From contig OZ245838.1 in assembly GCA_965228735.1 (NCBI GenBank), forward strand, positions 4,320,001 through 4,384,000: DNA of 64,000 nt. The letters are read 5' to 3'. This stretch comes from Planctomycetota bacterium (lineage in GTDB: Bacteria; Planctomycetota; UBA1135; UBA2386). Of this stretch, positions 41,002 through 48,493 are shown in pieces. Position numbers and translations under genes: made by a program. A model generated the notes under the pieces. It was not told where the DNA came from. It saw only the letters and a list, made by a program, of their open reading frames with translations, and ran no database searches. How positions within the stretch are numbered: the first letter of the stretch is position 1; every line of letters starts with the position of its first letter.

Positions 41002-41113
41002 GGTTGTGCTCCTTCGTTCTTGTTCGTTCTCGTTCGTTCTCGTGGTTTGAACGCCTGGGCCGCCGACCAATTCCAGCGCCTCCAGGCATGGGTTAGGCGT
41101 TTGAGGTAAGAGA

Positions 41114-41123
41114 GGGGGGGGGG
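41114..41123 (-). repeat. C10 homopolymer tract (G10 on + strand) in the sigma/Cys-peptide intergenic region
   Basis: Minus strand reads TCCTCGGATCGAGGA-CCCCCCCCCC-TCTCTTA. Confidence 0.85.
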
Positions 41124-41146
41124 TCCTCGATCCGAGGAAAATCCGT

Positions 41147-41671
41147 TCAGCGGCCGCCTTCCCGCTGTCCCAACGTCGTAAGTGCGCGCTGAAACGCTCG
41201 GCGCAGGTTCGAGCGATCCATCCCCAACTCCTTCGCCGCGCGATGCTTCGACATGCCGGGCTCGGCCAGCTTCTCGACGACTCGAGCCTGCACTGGTGTC
41301 AGCTTCTTCCGCATGTGGCGGAAACGACTGCGCAGCTTCTCACGACTCCCCGGCACGCTACCCGACTGCTCGTCAACCGCGAGGCCGGCCTCGGCGTAAG
41401 CCAGGGCTCCGGACCCGACGCGCTTCACATGGTTCACCGCGACGCGAAACGCCCACGCGCTGGCATCCGCCGGCTCGTCGTCTTCGAGGATCCTTCGAAT
41501 CCAGATCGAGCGGGTCGCGTCGACTGCGTCTTCCACGAGCTGCCGCTCGGACGAGACAGAACTCGCCCCGCGTCGAGCCGAACGCTCGACATCGCGAAGT
41601 TGCGTCGTTAGTTGGGGGTCTGACTCGTTCAACAGAACGGGCGAGGGCGAAGGTTTTTCCGAGGCGGGCAA
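41147..41671 (-). CDS. Divergent minimal ECF-like sigma factor (start uncertain)
   Basis: Region-2-like VEDAVDA...AWAFRVAVNHVKR; region-4 HTH LTPVQARVV...GMSKHRAAKELGMDRSNLRRAFQRAL. Confidence 0.7.
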   Translation of the reverse strand: MPASEKPSPSPVLLNESDPQLTTQLRDVERSARRGASSVSSERQLVEDAVDATRSIWIRRILEDDEPADASAWAFRVAVNHVKRVGSGALAYAEAGLAVDEQSGSVPGSREKLRSRFRHMRKKLTPVQARVVEKLAEPGMSKHRAAKELGMDRSNLRRAFQRALTTLGQREGGR

Positions 41672-41841
41672 GCATGCCGCGCGGCGACCAAGCGTCTTCC
41701 GAACACCGATCGCGCCACGACTCTCTGATGATTAACGTGCATGCGCGAGGCGATCCGGTCAACCCCCTCGGCTCTCGCCGCCGCGGGCGAGTGCGCTGAC
41801 GACGGGGCGCGAGTATTCCCACTCAGTCGTTCGACGCGCGC

Positions 41842-43473
41842 TCAGCGCCGCCGTTCCGTCAGCGTGCACTCGGCAACCCAAGCATTGTGTTGCCCGGACC
41901 GCACGAGCCGGATCGGCACTTCTTCCCAACCGCGAACGTACACGTCCATAGTCGCCACGAGGTGACGCATCCAGAACGTGCAACCACCGCGGCTGTCACG
42001 CATCGCATCCGCCACGTAGCCGTTGCCGTCTCGGTAGAACAGGAACTGGCCGAAGGGCACTTCGGGCGCCCCGTCGATCTCGACGCGGTAACAGTGCACG
42101 CCTTCGCGCCACTTCATCTCGAAGACCGCATCGTCCGAGGTCGCCAGCTCGAAGGTCGTCTTCTCGAGAGCGGCGCTCCCTTCGACGACCGGACTGACCC
42201 GGTAGCGACCCAACGGCAGCTCGATCCGATCCCCGAGCCTCGCGCGGAGCCTCGACTTCGTCCCAATGCCCAGGACCGTCACTCGAAACCGCAGATCGTC
42301 GATCGGGTAGACGCCTTCCGGTGGCGGCAGCAACGTGACGAACGCCGTCTCGATCACGGGACCTTCGGCCTCGACCCGGATCTCGCGAGCCCCCTCGAAC
42401 TCGCTGAGACGTTCCAGCACCATCCGTTCCTCGCGCTCACCGCCCTGCCGCAACGCCACCTTCGCGATCGCGCTCCGCTCGCCCCAACGCACCGACGTCG
42501 GATCGGGCAAGAACAGCGCGCCTGTGACGTGCTTGCCGTCGCCGATCAGCGCCTCCCGCAGTTCGGCCAGCCGCGTGAGGCTCGCCGGGCGCATCGAATG
42601 CGGTGGCAGGGCGCCGCCAGCGCGCACGCGTTGCGTGACAATCTCGGTTCCGACGAATCGGATCGCACCGACCGCGGGTGTTTGAACGCGGATACGAGCC
42701 GTCCCGCCAACGCCGAGCCCCATGGTCCGGGGCTCGTCCCGCGCAACGAGGTAGTGCGGATGATCGACTTCGAAGTGCCATGCCTCGACGCCCGCGGGCA
42801 CTGCGACGACGCCGCGGCCATCGTCGTCCGATTTGCTCGCATAGATCGCGTTCGCGGAATCGGGGCCCGGCACTGCGCCTCCGGGTGGATACGTGCGGAT
42901 CAGCTTCTGTGACACACAGAGCCGCGCGTTCGCGATCGGCTCGAGGGTCTCGGTGTCGAAGACGAAGAACGCAGCGTTGTCGTACGGCGTGAGCTCGACG
43001 GTATGGCGTTGCCCTCGGTCGGGAGCGTGCAGCTCGACCGTCGCGTAGCCGTCGGCACCAACGAGTACAGTGCCGGTGTCCGCCGGCAGCATCGCAACAT
43101 CGAGGCCCAGCCAGCCGTCCTCGTTCACCGACGCAGCCGCGCGCTCGGCAACCCGGCCCTCCGCAGCAGCGACACCGATCGAAGCGGCGTGGATCGACTC
43201 CCCGGATGGATCGACTGCCATGACCCATAGTCGCCCATCGGGAACCCACCGGGGCTTCGCCCGCTCGACGGTCACGGGGTCGGCTTCGGTCGCCACGAGG
43301 ACGGAGCTGTCAGGGGCGGCCGACTTGGCAGTCGAGCGATCGCGGGCGAGGTCGCGGCGTGTCTCGCCCACGGCGTGGGGAGCCTTCTCGGGGTCGGTGA
43401 GGAGCAGCAGGAAAGCGGCGCAGCAGACGACCAGGATCGCGCTCAGAACGAGGTTCTTTCGTTGCCTCGACAT
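41842..43473 (-). CDS. Membrane-anchored beta-rich protein (carboxypeptidase-regulatory-like repeats)
   Basis: GGAG RBS; N-term TM; AVDPSGESI, VFDTETLEPIANA and SDDDGRG motifs. Confidence 0.65.
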   Translation of the reverse strand: MSRQRKNLVLSAILVVCCAAFLLLLTDPEKAPHAVGETRRDLARDRSTAKSAAPDSSVLVATEADPVTVERAKPRWVPDGRLWVMAVDPSGESIHAASIGVAAAEGRVAERAAASVNEDGWLGLDVAMLPADTGTVLVGADGYATVELHAPDRGQRHTVELTPYDNAAFFVFDTETLEPIANARLCVSQKLIRTYPPGGAVPGPDSANAIYASKSDDDGRGVVAVPAGVEAWHFEVDHPHYLVARDEPRTMGLGVGGTARIRVQTPAVGAIRFVGTEIVTQRVRAGGALPPHSMRPASLTRLAELREALIGDGKHVTGALFLPDPTSVRWGERSAIAKVALRQGGEREERMVLERLSEFEGAREIRVEAEGPVIETAFVTLLPPPEGVYPIDDLRFRVTVLGIGTKSRLRARLGDRIELPLGRYRVSPVVEGSAALEKTTFELATSDDAVFEMKWREGVHCYRVEIDGAPEVPFGQFLFYRDGNGYVADAMRDSRGGCTFWMRHLVATMDVYVRGWEEVPIRLVRSGQHNAWVAECTLTERRR

Positions 43474-43491
43474 TGGACTGGTCTCCAACTC

Positions 43492-44763
43492 CTACTGAAT
43501 GGTCAGCAACGCCGTATTGCTCGCATAGAGCGCTCCAGCACCAGCGGTATCCAAAGTGACCGACTGGGCCGCCAATCGCACACCGCTCAAACCCGGGTTG
43601 TTCGGAACCGGGATGTCGAGCACCGCCTCGCCGTTGGCGTTGTTGTGGGTCACCCACACGCTGTTCCACGCCCTGGCAGCGTCGATCCCGACCAATCCCT
43701 GAAGGGGGGCGAGCGCGGCACCACTCGCCAAGAACTGCGGGCTGGCCACGCAGAGGGATCGCCGCGGCGTTGCCGACGTGATCGGTGGCGCGAACATCCG
43801 CACCTGCATCGTGCCCCCGACCGGGGCGCTGCCGCCCGTCGTCCAGTACGAATCCACCGCCCGCAGCCTGGTGAGCGCGCTCGGATTGTTTTGATCCCAT
43901 TCGCTGAAGAACACCCGTCCTCCGGCGACTCCAGACATGTCGGTCTGAGTCACGGTGTCCGACACCCGAATCGATGGCGTCAACGGATCGAGGTCAAGAG
44001 CGATGTAGCGATCTGTTTCCGACCCAGCGCCGAGGTAGCCGAGGACGCTGTGAAAGACGCCGAGAATCTCGCCGCTCGCGTCTTCGATGGGAACCGGGTT
44101 CGTCGCCCGAACGGGAGCCGGCATGTCAACGATGACAGTCGGCGGGCCCAACGCAGTCGTGATTGTCGCGTCGAACGGGACCAGCGCGATGTCCCAGCTT
44201 GGCTGGATGTAGACCAGATGAAGTTGCCCGTTCCGATCCGTAAGCGCTGACCGCCAGGTCTTGTGCCCCCCGCAGCATGGCAAGCCCCAGACCGATCCGG
44301 CGACCTGCCACGGCGAACTCAACGTGGGCCGCGTCGCGAACTGCGGCGGCGAATACTGCAAGTACAGCGGGCGTTCGAAGACAGCCATGAGACCACTGTG
44401 GTGCAGCTTCATGAAACCCTCGGGTCCCGTCGTGTTCAGCGCCGCCGCATCGCTGTTGGCAGTGAACGTGTCGGTCGCGATGTCGTAGCGCCCACAGAGC
44501 AGATCCCAACTGCCGGCGCCCCCGGCCCCCGCCCCCAAACCCTGCACCATGATCGCGCAGTAAAACTCCGATTCGGGGCTGCCGGACAAGTGCACCATGT
44601 GCATCGCTCCCACTGCCGCGACCCCGAGCGTTGTCGCGTTCAACCCGAGCGGGGAACTCGGCGCTGCGGGCTCGAACGGGCCGACGGTGCCCTGTGAGCG
44701 CACGTTCAGCGCCAGGCTGAGCCCGACGGTGATTACGACAACGGCTGTGGGCCTCGTGTTCAT
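43492..44763 (-). CDS. Secreted beta-rich protein with a putative C-terminal sorting-like domain
   Basis: Signal peptide ending SQ; C-term GEAVLDIPVPNNPGLSGVRLAAQ...SNTALLTIQ. Confidence 0.7.
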   Translation of the reverse strand: MNTRPTAVVVITVGLSLALNVRSQGTVGPFEPAAPSSPLGLNATTLGVAAVGAMHMVHLSGSPESEFYCAIMVQGLGAGAGGAGSWDLLCGRYDIATDTFTANSDAAALNTTGPEGFMKLHHSGLMAVFERPLYLQYSPPQFATRPTLSSPWQVAGSVWGLPCCGGHKTWRSALTDRNGQLHLVYIQPSWDIALVPFDATITTALGPPTVIVDMPAPVRATNPVPIEDASGEILGVFHSVLGYLGAGSETDRYIALDLDPLTPSIRVSDTVTQTDMSGVAGGRVFFSEWDQNNPSALTRLRAVDSYWTTGGSAPVGGTMQVRMFAPPITSATPRRSLCVASPQFLASGAALAPLQGLVGIDAARAWNSVWVTHNNANGEAVLDIPVPNNPGLSGVRLAAQSVTLDTAGAGALYASNTALLTIQ

Positions 44764-44929
44764 GACGACTCGCAGGAAGCGATGCTCCCCCTCGATCCCA
44801 TGGTGAAGCGCGGGAACGGGTCCGGTCAAGCCCACGCGGTCGGCAGCAACCGCGCAGGAGAGCATTCCCACCGCAAACCGCAGCGGCACGCCAGCTGCCC
44901 CACCGCCAAGGGTATGATCGCCCGCCGCC

Positions 44930-46822
44930 ATGCGAACCGCCCTCCCACTCGCAGCGGCACTTGCCGCCACCGTTCTGCTGCCGGCGCAGCGGGACGTTCA
45001 TCCCGATGAGCTGAAGCTCAAGCCCGACATCGACAAGGCGATCGCCAAGGGGGTCAAGCACCTCATCGATACGCAGTATCGCGACGGCACGTGGGGGCAG
45101 TGGGGGCACTATCGCGGTGGCAAGACGGCGCTCGTCACCTATGCGTTGCTGAAGAGTGGGGTCGATGTCGACCATCCCGCGGTGCAGCGCGCGTTCTTGT
45201 ATCTCGACGACGTGATCCCGGCCGAGACCTACACGCTCGGCTGCATGATACTGTGTTACGCCGCCGCCGGGCGCGTGACGCTCGGCGAACGGCTCGAGGA
45301 GTGGACGGAGCTGCTGCTCGACTGGCAGCGCACGGGCGACTGGGCGTATCCGGGCGGCAACGCGGATCTGTCCAACACGCAGTACGCCGCGCTCGGCATG
45401 TGGGTCGCGCAGAAACACGGCATCGAGGTGCCGCGCAAGGCGTGGACCGACCTCGCGGCGGCGACGTTGCGTTACGCGGAGAAGGCGACCAGGGTCGAGG
45501 TCGAGACGAGCGGCAAGGGCACGGTGCGGAACGGCGGCATGGTCGAGATCGCGGGTTTCGGTTACCGGAAAGGGCAGAAGGCCACCGGCTCGATGACGAC
45601 GGCTGGAATCTCGACGTTGGCGATCTGCAAGATCGGGCTCGGCAGTCGCGCGGGCAAGCTGCGACGCGAGGCCGATCGGGCGATCGACGCCGGCATCGAG
45701 TGGCTGGGGCACCACTTCTCGGTCGAGAAGAACCCCAACAAGGGCGACTGGCACTACTACTACCTCTACGGCATGGAGCGCACGGGTTCGCTCACGCGGC
45801 GCGAGCAGTTCGGCAGTCACTGGTGGTACATCGAAGGCGCGCGCGAGCTGCTGAAGAAGCAGAACAAGGACCAGGGGCACTGGGGTGGCGGCGCGCAGAA
45901 GAAGGCGGTGCGGGCCGCGTTCGCCCTGTTGTTCTTGCGGCGGGCGACGGCGCAGGAGGCCGCGACGACCGGGGAGGGTCAGGCGACGGACGTCGTGAGC
46001 CACATCTTCGAGGGTGGCTCGGAAAAGGATGATGTCACGGTCGGGGGCGCGGGCCAGCAACCGCTCGCGGTCTGGGTGCCGGGCTTCGGCAAGGAGCTGC
46101 AGAAGCGGCACGAGAAGTTCGGGCTGCGCGTCGTCAAGGTCGAGTACTACGAAGGTGACGACGTCCTCGGCCAGGTCGCGGGCGATCCGACGAAGGCGTG
46201 GCAGAGCGACGCGTATCTCTACCGCGTGCCAGCGCTGGCGCGCGGGGAACATGAGATCCACGCCCGCGTCGAGCTGCTCGCGCCCGACGCGATGCCCGGC
46301 GAGGACGACGTCGAGGTCGAGACCGAGGAGGTGCGATCACCGCCGATGAAGGTCGTGATCCGCGACGTGTTCGCGCCGTGGATGGCGCAGGCCGCGCGCG
46401 CCGCGAAGAGCAACCTCGTCGCCCTCGCCGAGCCGGTCGCGGAGGCCAGCAGCACGGGCAAGACCGCGAAGCACGCGTGTGACGGCAAGGAGAACTCGCA
46501 CTGGGTGTGCAGCAAGGACGACAAGGCCCCGCGCATCTCCGTTCGCCTCGGCGGCTCGGTTCGCGCGAGTCAGCTGCTGCTGAGCCAGGCCGGCTCGTGC
46601 GCGACGGATATCGGCATCTACGACCGGATCACGGCGATCGAGGTCGCGATCAACCGCGGCACGCCGATCCGCGTCGAGATGGATCCGGACCAGCTCGCGG
46701 TCACGTCGATCCCGTTCGAGAAGAAGCGCCGCGTGCGTCAGATCGAGATCCGCATTCTCGACCGCGTGCCAGGCAAACGCGCGGGTCAGGCAGGGTTCAC
46801 CGAGATCGCGCTGATCGAGTGA
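44930..46822 (+). CDS. Secreted prenyltransferase/squalene-cyclase-repeat protein with C-terminal discoidin-like domain
   Basis: QW-like repeats (QYRDGTW, QRTGDWAY); DLSNTQYAALG; YYYLYGMER; ACDGKENSHW...GFTEIAL. Confidence 0.75.
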   Translation: MRTALPLAAALAATVLLPAQRDVHPDELKLKPDIDKAIAKGVKHLIDTQYRDGTWGQWGHYRGGKTALVTYALLKSGVDVDHPAVQRAFLYLDDVIPAETYTLGCMILCYAAAGRVTLGERLEEWTELLLDWQRTGDWAYPGGNADLSNTQYAALGMWVAQKHGIEVPRKAWTDLAAATLRYAEKATRVEVETSGKGTVRNGGMVEIAGFGYRKGQKATGSMTTAGISTLAICKIGLGSRAGKLRREADRAIDAGIEWLGHHFSVEKNPNKGDWHYYYLYGMERTGSLTRREQFGSHWWYIEGARELLKKQNKDQGHWGGGAQKKAVRAAFALLFLRRATAQEAATTGEGQATDVVSHIFEGGSEKDDVTVGGAGQQPLAVWVPGFGKELQKRHEKFGLRVVKVEYYEGDDVLGQVAGDPTKAWQSDAYLYRVPALARGEHEIHARVELLAPDAMPGEDDVEVETEEVRSPPMKVVIRDVFAPWMAQAARAAKSNLVALAEPVAEASSTGKTAKHACDGKENSHWVCSKDDKAPRISVRLGGSVRASQLLLSQAGSCATDIGIYDRITAIEVAINRGTPIRVEMDPDQLAVTSIPFEKKRRVRQIEIRILDRVPGKRAGQAGFTEIALIE

Positions 46823-46837
46823 CGCTACGGCGCCTTG

Positions 46838-46889
46838 CGTACGGTACACGGTTCACGCCGGCGTGCCGGCGTGAACCAGGTTCCGTACG
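46838..46889. repeat. REP/REPIN-like palindromic element, copy 2
   Basis: CGTACGGTACACGGTTCACGCCGGC-GT-GCCGGCGTGAACCAGGTTCCGTACG; between convergent genes. Confidence 0.85.
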
Positions 46890-46895
46890 GCGTGG

Positions 46896-47537
46896 TTACT
46901 TCGGGGTGACTCGGAGGTTGCGGAACTCGCCGGTGTCGTCGAAGGAGCCGACGCCGATGCGGCCCTTGCCGAGCGGGGCCTTGGCGGTGATGACGCGTTC
47001 GCCGTCGAAGAAGACTTCGACGTGTTCACCGCGGCGCGTGAGCTTGAGACTGTGCCAGGTGTCGCCCCAATCGACGCCCTCGGTGCGCTCGGTCGTCACC
47101 GGGCGCCGCGGCGCGCCGTCGACGAGCATCACGTGGTGTGCGTTGGGGTCCGCCTTGGCCGCGAGGTGGGCGTAGAGGTAGTGCGCCGGGTCGCGGTAGC
47201 CGAAGATCAGGCAAAGGTCGAGGTGGCCGTAGTACTCCTTGGTCGACTTCGCCTCGACCTCGAGGTCGAAGTCCTGCAGCTCGATGCCCTGCGCCAGCGC
47301 GAGGGAGTGTGGCGAGCGATGCGGCGGCTGGTAGTCGGCGCGCTTCTCGAGAACGAGCAGCGGGGTGCCGGTGCCGGCCTCCTTGCACCACTCCCACGCG
47401 TCGTCGTCGCTGTAGTCCCAGCCCGACGCTTCGTCGAACGTCGTCGCCCCGCCGAGCCCCGCGCAGGCGCTCACGCCGACGACGACCGGAAGCGCTGCCA
47501 GCGCGACTGCCTTGATCCACCTGTTCGAGTTCGTCAT
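46896..47537 (-). CDS. Lipoprotein with concanavalin-A/DUF1080-like fold
   Basis: Lipobox VSAC; WHSLKLTR, VEVFFDG, GRIGVGSFDDTGEFRNL. Confidence 0.65.
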   Translation of the reverse strand: MTNSNRWIKAVALAALPVVVGVSACAGLGGATTFDEASGWDYSDDDAWEWCKEAGTGTPLLVLEKRADYQPPHRSPHSLALAQGIELQDFDLEVEAKSTKEYYGHLDLCLIFGYRDPAHYLYAHLAAKADPNAHHVMLVDGAPRRPVTTERTEGVDWGDTWHSLKLTRRGEHVEVFFDGERVITAKAPLGKGRIGVGSFDDTGEFRNLRVTPK

Positions 47538-48472
47538 GCGTTCTCCAACCATCGAAAGTCCGTGTTGCCGCCGCTGATCACGACGCCGACGCGCTTGCCC
47601 GCGAGCTCCGGCGCGAGGCGACGAAGTGCGGCGAGCACCGTCGCGCCACTCGGTTCGACGACGAGCTTCATCCGTTCGAGGAAGAAGCGCGCGGCCTGCG
47701 CGATGTCGGCCTCCTCGACCGTCTGCACGCGCACGCCGTGCTGCTGCATGAGCTCGAAGTTGATCGCGCCGAGGCCGGTGAGCAGGCCGTCGGCCCACGT
47801 CGTCGGATCGGGCACGCCGGGCTGCCGCACGCCGGTCGCCATCGAACGCGCGGCGTCATCGACGGCGAGCGGCTCGGCCGCGATCACGGCAGCGTCGGGC
47901 CGCATCGCCGCGACGGTCACGGCGGTGCCGGCACACAGGCCGCCGCCGCCGACCGGCACCATGACGACATCGAGATCGGGCACGTCCTCGAGCAGTTCGA
48001 GCGCCGCCGTCCCCTGGCCCGCGATCACGTGCGGGTTCTCGAACGGGTGGATCATCGTCGCGCCGCGCTCGTCCTGCACGCGCTGACACGTCGCCTCGCG
48101 CTCGCTCCGCTCACAGAACACGATCTCCGCGCCGTAGCCGCGGACGGCATCGACCTTCACCCGCGGCGCGTTCTCGGGCATCACGACGATCGCCGGGATG
48201 CCGCGGCTCCTCGCCGCGTAGGCGAGCGCCGCCGCGTGATTGCCGCTGCTGTGCGCCGTGACACCGCGCTCGGCCTCGGCGTCACTCAGCGCCGCGACCG
48301 CGTTGCACGCGCCGCGCGCCTTGAACGCGCCGACCTTCTGCAGGTTCTCGCACTTGCAGAAGACCTCTGCCGAGAGCTCGCGGTCGAGCGTCGCGGATGT
48401 CACGACCGGGGTGCGGTGCACGCGACCCCGGATGCGCGCTGCTGCGGCCTGAACGTCCGAGAACTCGACCAT
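47534..48472 (-). CDS. PLP-dependent serine/threonine dehydratase or serine racemase
   Basis: KCENLQKVGAFKARGA, HSSGNH, VPVGGGGL, VEPSGA, ISGGN. Confidence 0.92.
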   Translation of the reverse strand: MVEFSDVQAAAARIRGRVHRTPVVTSATLDRELSAEVFCKCENLQKVGAFKARGACNAVAALSDAEAERGVTAHSSGNHAAALAYAARSRGIPAIVVMPENAPRVKVDAVRGYGAEIVFCERSEREATCQRVQDERGATMIHPFENPHVIAGQGTAALELLEDVPDLDVVMVPVGGGGLCAGTAVTVAAMRPDAAVIAAEPLAVDDAARSMATGVRQPGVPDPTTWADGLLTGLGAINFELMQQHGVRVQTVEEADIAQAARFFLERMKLVVEPSGATVLAALRRLAPELAGKRVGVVISGGNTDFRWLENA

Positions 48473-48493
48473 GGCGCGCGCGGCCCGACCGGA

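Noticed and set aside
43471..43494. Single in-frame TAG between two island genes (possible read-through or pyrrolysine)
   Set aside because: The downstream gene has its own GGAG RBS, ATG and N-terminal TM, and the upstream protein ends in a natural-looking terminus. The shared frame is probably chance.
44930..46822. Squalene-hopene cyclase or terpene cluster
   Set aside because: No DXDD motif, has a signal peptide, and no terpene genes nearby.
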